A stretch of DNA of 64,000 bases from Anaeramoeba ignava BMAN (taxonomy: Eukaryota > Protista > Anaeramoebae). Below, piece by piece: positions 26,301 to 39,000 of the stretch (position 1 is the stretch's first letter; each line of letters starts with the position of its first letter). The notes beneath the pieces are model-generated. The model saw nothing but the letters and a program-made list of their open reading frames with translations, was not told the DNA's origin and did no database searches. The stretch covers positions 62,001-126,000 of the forward strand of contig JAPDFW010000033.1 in assembly GCA_028826165.1 (NCBI GenBank), given 5' to 3'. The translations under genes were made by a program, and so were the position numbers.

Positions 26301-29300
26301 CGTTATAACGGATCTTGTTAAAGGCTGAGAAAATCTCCATGAAAGTTGAGATAATCTGTGGCTGCTGTGCCTCATAGAATCTTCTGCAAGAGAATCCTGT
26401 GAAGACTCGCGAAGAATTTGGATCGTGTTTTCATTGTCTTCCTTGGATTTGATCCGGTAGCTTTGCATTTGGAGAGGAGTGAAAATTCCTCCATAATAAT
26501 TGGATGTGTTTGAATTAGACGCCATATCCTCAGGCCCGCCGAGAGACACTCCCTGTTTCGGTTCATCCATGCGTGCGCCAATGGATCTCAAATACTTTGC
26601 GTCTAGATGATGCTCTACATCCAAAGGATACGCCAATCTGTGGATCAAAATTTTCAGACAGCGATCAATCAATTTTCTTTGAGTAAAAGTATTGCAAATG
26701 ATGGAAATGATTGTGTTTGAAGGTTGTGAAAAATCAAATCTTAGTAACCGTTTATCCGTCTCATCAGGATCCACTTCGTAGAGGTTTTTGCGGTATGAAA
26801 AAGAGATTGGAGAGGGAATTGTCTCGGAAATCAAGATCCCAATATCCCGTTCAAGTCTTAAAGAACCTCGATGTTTACGTTCCATTGAATCAATGAATTT
26901 TACTGAGAAGTCAGCGTATTCCTTGTCCATAATGCGCTGTGTGAGTGCTTCAATTTCATATTCTTCTCCAATAATCTCGCCGTTGAGTGGACAGTTCTCA
27001 ACAGCATCCCCAGTGTACCATTGGAACATTTGGAAAGTTTTGACAATTAGGAACTTGTGATTAACATCCTTTGTTTTCAGAGTAACAATCAATCCACTTG
27101 GTTCTCGAATGTGCAAAATAACTGCTTTGTGATAATCCAGCTCGCTGATTTGCATTGTTGGAAGATAGACTCTGCGATGTGGTGATTTCCCGTATATTTG
27201 ATACTCAAAATGAACCGATGTTAATGTAAGCATTCCAGGAAGAAAACGTCCATCACTTTCAATCAACAGATCAAACTGCACGAACCTGTTGACAAAAGAG
27301 TTCCGAATAAACTTGATCTTCTCCTCATCAGGCATTAGTTTCACCACCTTGGCTTGTGTTTTCCTCAGAATATTCTCGCCTTGGAATGGAGAGAAAAGAT
27401 CCACTCCATGGCCATCAACATCAAATCCTTGCTTATCAAATCCATTGCGATCAAATCCATCTCTGTTATATCCATCATGATCGAATCCATCCCGATCAAA
27501 TCCGTCTCGGTCATATCCGTCTTTGTTGTATCCGTCGTGGTCATAACCTTCTTTATCAAATCCATACCGATCGAATCCGCGAAGATTGTATCCATCTTCA
27601 TCAAACCCGTGACGGTCAAAACCATCCTTGTTATATCCACGCCTATCGAATCCGTTTCTATCAAACCCGTCTGAGTTGTATCCGTCTTTATCAAACCCAT
27701 TACGGTCGTATCCATCCTTATCATATCCATCTTTATCAAATCCGTGTGGATCAAATCCATTTTTATCAAATCCAAATTCATCGCGCTCATCTCCATCGAA
27801 TTGATTAATCACTTTCGGTCCCTCGTTTTGATCCAATGAATCTTCGTTTGTGGATAATATCGATCGCGAAGTGTTGGGAAGACTGATGGTTTCGATAATA
27901 CGATCAGCTTTTTCAAATTCCATTTCTGGTTTTCGATTTCCCTTTCGATCAAAACCGTTCGTGTCAAAACCCCCTTGATCATATCCATCCTTATCAAATC
28001 CCTGTTTATCAAATCCCTTCTTGTCAAATCCTTGATTATCAAACCCATCCTTATCATATCCATCCTTTCCAAATCCTTGATTATTAAATCCGTGCTTGTC
28101 AAAGCCATTGCCGTCATATCCTTTTTTGTCATATCCTCGTTTGTCAAAGCCATCTTTATCATATCCATCCTCATCAAATCCGTGCTTGTCAAAGCCATGT
28201 GTATCATATCCATTTCCATCAAATCCATGTTTGTCAAAGCCATCTTTATCATATCCATCTTTATTGAATCCATGTTTGTCAAAGCCATCTTTATCAAAAC
28301 CATCCTTATCATATCCATGTTTATTATATCCGTAGTTGTCAAACTTTTCATCATCTTCTCCAAATTTTTGCATTTGATCATCTTTAGAATGTTCATTATC
28401 AGGCATCTTTTTGAATCCAAAAGCATTTTGATCAGAAAATTGTTGAGAGTGAATATTTTCATCAATTCCAATTTTTTGGTCTTTTCCAAATTGATTGAAA
28501 TCTTCTTTCTTAGAATTGAAATCGAAACCATCTTTTGGTTGAGCAAGTGAATCGAAAGAAAATTTTTCATCTTTTTTTTTTTTAAATCAATATTAAATAT
28601 TAAATTTTAATTTTGATTTTAATTTTAATTTTGATTTTAATTTTAAATTGAATTTTAAATTGAATTTTAATTTTAATTTTAATTTTGATTTTAATTTTAT
28701 AAATGAATTAATTTTAATTTTAATTTGAATTTTGATTTTAATTTTAATTTTAATTTTAATTTTAAATTGGATTTTAATTTTATTTTTATAAATGAATTGA
28801 ATTTTTACCTTTTTGATCAAAAGATTGATTCTCATCTTCGCTATCATGCTGATAAGATTGGAAACGATTAAGATATGAAGGATCCGTTGTTGTTTCAAAT
28901 GGGAAATAAGTAGGGGAATTCTGTGAAAACTGATTTTGTTTTTGAGATTTTGGATCGGAATAAAGTGTTGGTTGATTTTCATTATTTTGTGATTGATCCA
29001 GGTTGAATTTAGAAGGATCTTTTGAGTCGTTGTGAGAAAAACGCTCAAGATTATCAAGATCATCTTTGGAAAATTCTTCGAGATTATCGAGATTGAATTT
29101 GACAGCAGGTTTGTTTGATTTGTGATCTTGTTTTCTGTTATCGGGTTCAGTATCTGAAGAGAAGATAAAGTTTTCGATATTTTGTGATGGTTGTAAAAAA
29201 GTTCCTGATTCGGTTCTGAGAACATTCATTCTTCCAAAACGAGATGCTAATTTGGGAACTTCTGAAGAAGTAATTGGTGTTTTTGTAAACGTTAAATTTT

Positions 29301-31989
29301 GATCCACATCCTTTTTGGTAGTGAAATCATCAGGATCAATGCTGAATTTAGTCATTGAATCATCTTCGAAATCAAATTTTTTAACAGGTGATTGCGGTTG
29401 ATTATCTTTCATTTCAAATTGTAAACTTGTTGGTGATTTTTTGATTTCTTGAATAGAATGAAGTAAAACTGTTGCTTGTTCCTCCGTGTTTGTGCTGCAG
29501 AAATATGTGTTTCCGTCTGGGAATCTGAGCTCAAAAAGAGTAGGGGAAGAAGGATGAGTAACAAAGGAAACTTTTTCATATTCCGATTCAATGATATTTG
29601 ATTTATCGTCATAAGAATGAAGTTGAACTTTTCCGGGTTTGAGACTAACAAGACCGGAAACAAACCCTTCGTTTTGAATCAAAGTAATCGGGAAGTCAGC
29701 ATGTTGAGAGCGTTTATTTCTTTCTACAACTTGTCTCAAGTTCTCAGAAAGTGGCTTGATCATTGGAAACTCAAAAAATGATTGTGTTCTTTTGACACTC
29801 GATATTCTTTTCATTTGATTCATTGGTACATGTCTTTTAGGTATAAGATCCGTTTGTAGATCTTCTTGTTTTCTTCTTGATACCTTGAGTAATGATACTA
29901 ATGGTGAGATGATCATCTTGCGGATTGTTGCATCTATTATAAGTGTCATAGTTGTTGAAAATGGATAGATATTAATTGATGCATCACTTGATTTTGAGAA
30001 TAATCGAATGAATTTATAATTTTCATCTTTTTCGCACTAAAAATTAATAAAATTAATAAAATGAATAAAATTAATAAAATAAATAAAATCAATAAAATTA
30101 ATAAAATTAATAAAATTAATTAAATCAATAAAATCAATTTCTTACATCCAAAAATGTATAAGATTCTTGAAAAATAGTCTTAGCTTCATAAATCAACTCA
30201 AATCGTTCAATTCGAACAACAAGAACACAATCTTTAAACTCTTCTTCTTCAAGTATTCGAACTGAAAAATATGTTCCTCCTTGTGATACAATTGATTCAG
30301 CAAGTTTTTCATAAGGAATACAATCTTCTTGAGCAGTGGCTAATAAATTAAAGAAAGTTGATGATCCTCTTTTTCGAATACTCTTAAAATGTGATTTGGA
30401 AATGATATCATAAATATGATCCAAAAAAGCATCATTTGATAAAATGGAAGGGAATGTTGATTCAAAAAACTGGAAACATCCTTTTGAAAGATGAAAAAGT
30501 GAGAATTGTGGTGATAAATCAGATTTTAGAGCTGAAACAATGGCTGTTTGAAGATAAAAATTGAGATTTTGTTTCCAAGAATCAAAAGCAGAAAGTCTTT
30601 CAGAAACATACACTTTGACTGCTCCATTTGGAAGTGAAACAATGAAAAGCGCATCGTTATTCATTTCAATTGTGCTGTGATATATTTTTAAACTTGATTG
30701 ATGTCGGTGCATGTATTTTACGTGGATGTTTAATTGGAACAGAAAGAGTGCGTACAATTTGTTCATAAAGTGTAGATGAAAGTTGTAATTTTGGCTCAAG
30801 TTGTTTTTGTTGTGCAAGTGCTGCAATATAAAGAATTAATAAATGTAGATCTTGAATTACTGGATCATTTGGAAGTTGATATTGTCGAGGAATTCTTAAA
30901 TTTGCACAAATTTCGTTGATTCTCGCTACATTAAAAGAGCAAATTCCTCTATTTTACAAATGAATTTTTATTTCCGTTTAATATTTTATTTTTAATTTTT
31001 GATATTTAATTTTTGATATTTAATATTCAATTCAATATTCAATTCAATATTTAATATTTATTTAGTTTAAGATTTAATTTAAGATTTGGATTCAATATTT
31101 AATTCAATATTTAATATTCAATTCAATATTTAATATTTATTTAGTTTAAGATTTAGATTTGGATTTAATTCAATATTTAATTCAATATTTAATTCAATAT
31201 TTAAGATTTAATATTTAATATTTAATTCAATATTTATTTAGTTTATTTTAGTTTAAGATTTAGTTTAAGATTTCAAGTTTGTATTTAGATTTTGATTTAG
31301 TTTAAAATTTAATTTAAGATTTAGTTTAAGATTTAGTTTAAGATTTAATATTTAATATTTATTTAATTTAAGACTTAATTTAAGATTTAATTTAAGATTT
31401 AATTTAAGATTTAATTTAATATTTAATATTTAATTAGTTTAAAATTTAAAATTTAATATTCAATTTAATATTTAATTCAATATTTAATATTCAATTCAAT
31501 ATTTAATATTTATTTAGTTTAAGATTTAATATTCAATATTCAATATTTAATATTTATTTAATTTAAGATTTAGTTTAAGATTTAGTTTAAGATTTGGATT
31601 TGTATTTAGATTTTGATTTAATTTAATATTTAATATTCAATTTAAAATTTAGTTTAAGATTTAATATTTAATTTAAGATTTAAGATTTAGTTTAAGATTT
31701 AGTTTAAGATTTAGTTTAAGATTTGGATTTGGATTTGGATTTGGATTTTATTTGCTTTTTTGCTTTTTTGTTAATTGAAAATTGGGGGTTAAAATCAATT
31801 AAGAAAAAAAAAATTTTTTTACTTATCAAAATCAATAAAAGGAACTCTTTTAGAAGAAACTTTATTTAAAACCATCCATGTATATCCAAGAAATTGAGTT
31901 TCTGTAATTGGTGGTGTTATTTCAAGTTGTAAAAGTTGTCTAAACCAAATGACAATTGATTTTTGGTCTTCTTCTGAAAGTAAACTCAT
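20362..31989 (-). CDS. Giant (~3,470 aa) scaffold: N-terminal CH-like domain, many PH-like domains, G[FY]Dxx pentapeptide blocks, acidic 126-aa repeats
   Basis: Exons 31989-31823, 30948-30146, 30036-28809, 28570-20362 join in phase. Three +1 frame breaks (~30690, 24204-24298 overlap, ~21115) unite track ORFs 30134, 28786, 24204, 21083 and 20362 with no intergenic or intron-like DNA between them. Confidence 0.7.
21560..22560 (-). repeat. Coding tandem repeat, period 378 bp (126 aa), about 2.7 copies
   Basis: gcaacaggaattttaacaggaa recurs at 21621, 21999 and 22377. The unit includes KDEDDSSEQDSS...KKKIPVKIPVAIPISIDNKNIRE. Confidence 0.9.
27405..28335 (-). repeat. Two blocks of G-[FY]-[DN]-x-x pentapeptide repeats
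   Basis: GYDKDGFDKDGFDKHGFNKD... at ~28335-27940 and ~27800-27405, about 25 units each. Confidence 0.9.
31010..31750. repeat. Intronic low-complexity satellite (TTTAGTTTAAGA / TTCAATATTTAA variants)
   Basis: Fills the first intron (30949-31822) of the giant gene. Confidence 0.8.
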
Positions 31990-32279
31990 TTATAAAATGA
32001 AAGGAAAATGAAAATAAAAGAAAGAAGAAAAAAAATGAAAAAAATTTTTTTTAAAATTGAAAAAAAAATAAATAAATAAATAACGTTTTTGATTGTTTTG
32101 ATTTATAAAAATTTAAATAAAAAATTATTCCTAATTTAATTAAAAAAAAAAATATAATAAAAAGAGATCTTGTTTAGTTTTTGATTCAACTTCTTTTTTT
32201 TTTTTTTTTTTTATTTAATTTTGATTTTTGTGTTTTATTTTTTTTAAAAGAAATTGACAGAAAAAAAAACAATTTGGAT

Positions 32280-33045
32280 TTCATTTTCATTTTCATTTTG
32301 ATTTTGATTTTAAATTTGATTTTGAATTTCATTTTGGATTTGAATTTGAATTTAAATTTGAATTTGAATTTGAATTTGATTTTAATTTTGATTTTGATTT
32401 TGATTTTGAATTTGAATTTGAATTTGATTTTGAATTTGAATTTGAATTTGAATTTGAATTTGAATTTGAATTTGAATTTGATTTGAATTTGAATTTGAAT
32501 TTGATTTTGAATTTGAATTTGAATTTGATTTTGATTTTTGAATTTGAATTTGAATTTGAATTTGAATTTGAATTTGAATTTAAAATTTGGAATTTTGATT
32601 TTTGATTTATTTTGAATTTAATTTTTATAATTTAATTATTTTGAATTTTCTTCTTTCAAATTTTTGGAAGGAAAATTTGAATTTAAATTTTAAATTTGAT
32701 TTTGATTTTGGAATTTTGAATTTGAATTTGAACAATGATTTTGATTTTGATTTTTGAAATTTGATTTTAAATTACCAATTTGAATTATTTTTTGATTTTG
32801 ATTTTTTTGAATTTGAATTTGAATTTTTTTGATTTCATTTTTGATTTTCATTTTTTTAAATTTTGAATTTGAATTGATTTTGATTTTGATTTTGATTTTA
32901 AATTTGATTTTGAATTTTTGATTTTTGATTTTGAATTTGGATTTTGATTTTGATTTTGATTTTGATTTTGAATTTGAATTTTGATTTTGATTTTGATTTT
33001 GAATTTGATTTTGATTTTGAATTTGATTTTGATTTTGATTTTGAT
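32280..33045. repeat. (TTTGAA)n/(TTTTGA)n intergenic microsatellite
   Basis: Direct reading. Confidence 0.9.
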
Positions 33046-33084
33046 TTATATTTATATTTATAATTTAATTATTTTCTTCTTCTT

Positions 33085-36000
33085 TCAAAACCAAGGAAAA
33101 AAGTTAGGTTTAATTAATGAAATATTCTCAATATTTGAACAATGATATATTAATTCTTTTGCATACCAATTTATTATTTTTTCATTTTCATTTTCATTTT
33201 CATTTTGATTTTGATTTTGATTTTGATTTTGATTTTGATTTTCATTTTCATTTTCATTTTGATTTTGATTTTGATTTTGATTTTGATTTTGATTTTGATT
33301 TTGATTTTGATTTTGATTTTGATTTTCATTTTCATTTTGATTTTGATTTTGATTTTGATTTTGATTTTGATTTTGATTTTGATTTAAATTTTCTAATGAT
33401 TCTTTTGGTGAAAGTAAATTAATTCTATTAAGAATTTTTTCAACATTTTTTTCCATTTTATCCAAAAAATTTTCATCAATTATCAAATAATCATCAATTT
33501 GATTATAATTACTTATTTTCGTTTGATAATTTTCATTGGAAATAACTTTTTCAATTCTTTTTGAAAACATTTCATCTTTAATAATTAAATTAAGACAATT
33601 TTCTAAACTAAACTCTTTCTTAGTAAAACAAAGAGAAGAACAAGTTAAAACAACTGAAAATGTTCCTTCAACTCCAATATTTGACATGAATCCAATAATA
33701 TTTGGTGTTAATCTCATTGGAACATCATTGGGTTTATATTCATAAAGTAATTCATCTGATTCAATTTTCATATTCATTCTTGTATGAATCAATTTCCCTG
33801 ATGTTCTGTCAAAATAAATCCTATTTATTGGCTTATCTTCAATACTAAATAAAAATTTTATTAAAGAATTCAATCCATGTTGTATTGTAAATTGCTTCCT
33901 AAAAACCCAACTATCATAAACAGTTGAAAACATTGAAAACATAAACAGAATCATTAGATTAGGAGGAACAAATTTGTTTTGTATCTTTTGGAATATTTTC
34001 ATCAAATATTGTTTTTTCTTCATTTCATTTTTTTCTGTTGATTTTTCTTCTAATTTTTTAAATTTGCTAATCTTATTAAAATGATATATAATGGGATTTT
34101 CAAAATATATTCCTTTCTGATAAAAATAATCTTCACAAACTTCAGAAAACGATACAACATCACTCATTCCTTTAAAAATTCTTACATCTTTTGTTAATGG
34201 TAAAATAACTGGTAATGTAAACTTAATTCCTCTTTTTTTAGTTTGATAATATTTATCCAAATGAATATTCAGAATACGCATAAATTGTATAACTCTTTCC
34301 TCAGATCTCGAATCCAAATAACTCATTCTTTCAACAATAAAATCATGAAAATCTCCACAATTATCAACAAATTTAATCTTGCGAAATACAACATTTGATT
34401 TCATTATTGATTGAAATTCAGGATGAATACAATAAATTTTTCGATGTTTATCAATGTAAAAATTAGGTTCTAAATATTGACCTGGAACTTCAATGTTATC
34501 TTCAAATCTACTTTGTGAAAGTGCAAAATCAAAATCTTCAACATATTTATTCTCCATATTTGATCTGAATAATCTTCGAAGAGAAGCTGTAGTTGCTCTA
34601 ATTATATCTCGGATTTCAGATACTTTAATTTTTGATAATTCTGGGTTCTTTTTCTCTAATTTTATAATTTCTGAAAATTCAAAAATCTTCTTTAATGACT
34701 TTTCTTGTGAATATTTCTTAATGACTTCTTGAATATCTTCTAAAGAAATGAAATCATCAAATGTCTCACATGAATTAATAATTTTATAATAAATTTTATC
34801 TAAATCATTTAAAAATTCATCAGAAAGTGCTGATTGGAAATTTGAAATTACAGATCGAATAATATTATCAATTTGTTCTGTTGATGATTCTTCAAAATTT
34901 GTCTTCTTAGACATTTTTTTCTTTATAATTTCATTTTGTTTCAAATATTTCATAATATCATTTAACGCTCTAATAATCAAATTTATTTCCAAAATTCCCA
35001 ATTTTTCAAGAGATAAAATTTGTTGAATTGATGAACGGAGATGATAATAAACAGCTTGCGGATAAACCAACGATATTTTAGCTAATAAATTCTTGTAGAT
35101 AGGAATGTGATTTCTTTGAATAATTTCTGAAATTAATTGTGGTATCCAAATAACCCAAACATAAATAGGTGTATCATTTATTAATAATCGAGGAATGGTT
35201 TCATCACTCATGTTTTCATATCTTGATAGATAAATAATTCTTGGTGCAATATCAGCTTGTTTATCTTCTCCAAATATCATAGTTTGAATATAATTTTTTA
35301 TTGCTTCTTTAACCCAAGAAATATTCTTGGTTTTTTTCCACATTTGATCACAAAATTTACCCCATGCTTTCCAATTACTTCCAACAAATTGAGATATTTT
35401 TGTACTTTGATAAAATTTTTCATTGGCTTCTTGAAAAAATGAAAGTTTGGAATATAATTCTGCTTGACATCTTTTTAAAGTTGATCTTTGATTATGATCT
35501 GGGAAATTATTTAATTGATCATCATTTAGAAATTGAAGAAATTCTGGAATTCGATTTGGAACTTCTAAACAACATTTGGTTTTTTCTTTTAAATTTTGAA
35601 ACATATCATTTGTTGTTACAATCGAGAAGGTATGAATTCGATCTAAATATCTAATTCCATTATTTGGTAATCCTTGTTTTCTAAAAATTTTCGCAATCAA
35701 AATTAATGCTTTTGCTGATTGATAAATTGCCATATTTTCAAATTTGTTGTGAATATTAAATTTGGAAACTCTTTCAATATTCCCAAATATATGAAATCTC
35801 CAAACAAATAAATTATTCCAAATCGATAATTCTTCATGAATATCTGGAATTCTGTTTTTCCACATTGTAAGAAAATGTTCCATTTCTATTTTTGTGTTAT
35901 TTTCTAATGAATTTTTGATAATTTTAAATACTTTGATTGATTCAAAAAATTCAATAAATGGTTGAAATTTTTGGAGAAATCTAATATGCAAATTGCTTAA

Positions 36001-39000
36001 ATTTTTAGGTAATGTATCCCATTCAGTAATTAAATACAAAATTCCTTCTTGGTAAGCAGCTTTTAAATGAATAATATCACTTAATGATTCAAATTCAAAA
36101 GTTTCAAAAGAATCAAATCTTCTCATTTTTTGTTTTGTTTTGATTATTCTTTGTTTCTCATTTTCATCAGTTTCTATTTTTGTTTGATATCCATTCAAAT
36201 TTTTATTTGTATTATGATTTTCTTTAGATTCTTGATTTACTGAGTTTGTTTTATTATTTGCATTTTCTTCATCCCAAAAAGAAATTTTTCTTGTTGGACG
36301 TTCTTCATTTGTATTTGGATTATTTGAATTTTCTTGATCTACAACTGTTTTTAAATTACTAATATCATTTTCACTTGTTGATTTTTTAAAGAGAAATGAT
36401 TTTTGGAAATTTCGATTTTGATTTATGCTTTCAAATGTAGTTTGTTCATTCAAATTACTTTGTATTGGATTTCTAACAAAATTTTTAAATTTAGCTTCAA
36501 TAATATTCAAATTAATTTGAGTATAAAATAAATATCCTTGATATAATAATTGTTGAGCTCTTTCCAATGTTTGTGAATTTTGTTTTAATGCTCGTGCTAT
36601 ATGTTTCAATTTCCCCAAATTCCATGCTGAATCCAACAATAATTCTGAATGATTTATTTTTTCTGAAAATCCAAGAAGAGTTGAATAATCTCCAATTATT
36701 TGTGAGCAATAAATCCACTGCTCTTCAGAGAATCCAAGTTCTCCTTTTCCTGGATTGTTTTCTGCAAATTTAGATTCAACTTTCCCCATTGATTTAAGAA
36801 AATATTCTTGAGCTTGTTTCCACATTCCATGTTGAACAAATGCTATTCCTTGTTTTGTTTCTTGATTAACAGATATCATATCCCACAATCCATACATCAA
36901 ATCTATCTCTCCAAGTTGCATAAACATCACAGATAACTCGCAGTTTGCTTCATCAATTTCTTCAACTTCTCGAATGTTTTTCGCATGTGTTAATAATCCT
37001 ACTGATTTTGAATGATATGCTTCCATCATAGCAACAGCAATATACCAATGTCCAAATTGTTTTGCAATGTTTTTGATTTTTTGGATTGATATTCTAACAC
37101 GTGGTTCTGAATATAAAAATCCATCTAATATTACTTTGCAAAGATCTCGATTAATAATATATGATTCTTTCAAAAGAAAATCAACAAGAGAAACTGCAAC
37201 TTTTCTTCTTTCTTCATCATTATTTAAAATATTTCCCCAGAATTGTGAAAATAAACTTGGCCATAAAGCTTGAATCATTTGTGGTTCTTCGTCAATTAAA
37301 TCAATTATTGGTTCAATTAATTCTCGTATTTTTAAATATTTCCGATCTGGAATAATAAATAACAATTTTTGTATTTTTTCTTCCATAACTTTAGCATTAA
37401 TTTGCAAATCATTAAATTCATTATTAATTTCTTTCTTTTTAAAAAATGTGAAAATTGATCCTAGACAAAGAGCTTCTGGATCATATAAACTAATTGATAA
37501 TTTCAATATTTCATTAATCCAAGTTGGTATTTTAGGTTTCCAAATATCACTTAAAATTACAAATAATATTCTTTCTCTTAATGTATTCTTTTGGCATTTT
37601 TGATGAATAATTTGGAAAAATTGATCTTTTGTTTTTTTGTTTTGAGAAACAAATCCAAGATATAATATTTGTTCTAAAAAAATATCTGTATTTTCTATAT
37701 AATCCAATTTAGAACATTCTAACAATATTTCAAAAATTAATTGATGTAATTCTGGGTTATTTGGATTATTTCTAATTTCTATATTTCGATAAGCTGCTGT
37801 AAAATCACTGATAAATTTAAGTTTTTCTTCCAATGTTAAAGAGATATTAATACGATCATGGAAATTTTCCCATCCTGTAATTTTTTGAAGTTTTTCTGGA
37901 TCTTTAGTTTTAAAAGAATCTTCAAATATCTTATTTTCGTTTTGATTTTCATTCAGATTTTTATCAATTATCCAATTTTTAATAACTTTGAAAACATCAA
38001 ATATTAACCCAAAATCTCCACATTGAAGTATAATTTTTCTTACTCCTCTTAAAAATCTTTTTCTTAAATAAGGAAAATTATTTATTCTAAAAGACAACAT
38101 GAAAAAACAATCGCGAATACTATTCACAACATCATTTTGTGATTCTTCATTAATATTAATAGGTTTCTTAACATGATCAATATGAACAACAATCACTTGT
38201 TCAAAATATAAAAGTAAATCTGGTAAATGTTGATCAAGATAGTTTGGAATTTGGTAATAAACAGTTCTGAAGAATTCTGAAACTCCAAATAATTTTCTGA
38301 TGTTTGTTCTTGGATCTGTATTTGGTGCAACTTTTTTCTCGATAACTTGAATAATTTGCTTAAGAGTCATTGAAAATTTTCGCATATCATTATCGTTATA
38401 ATTTTGTTGATTTTGATTTTGATTTTTTTGTTTACTAGAATTTGTTATTTGTTTAAGTAAGTTTTTTAGTAAATAACAAACTTTTATAACAATTTCTTTA
38501 TTTTCTGTAATAAGTATTGTATTCAGAAAAGCTGCTAATTCTTTCCCATTTTTAAGTAGAAATGATATTGGTTGATGTTTACTTAAAATACATAAAATTG
38601 TTATAACTGTATTTGAAAGCCAAAGGAATGGATTATTTTCATTTGGAAAATTACCAATAATATCTGGAAATGAAATAGAAATATTAGCCCATCCTTCAAA
38701 AGATTTCTCAATCAAATCAAACCATCTGTTAATATCTCTTTTAAAAGATCTTTCCTTTATTAGAAAATTAAATATTAATTTATTCAATTTATGGAAAATA
38801 ATTGCATCATATTTTTCATTTAATTGTGTTTGTTTTTGTAAATTTGATTCAATTTCCATAATATTTTTAAGTCTTTTTCTTTTCTCATTTGATTTGATTT
38901 TCCAATTAATAATAATATAAATTAGCTCAAATCCACAATCTAAATTTGATCTAGTTATTTCTAAGTTTTGAATATGTTCAATAATTGGAAATGTAAATAG

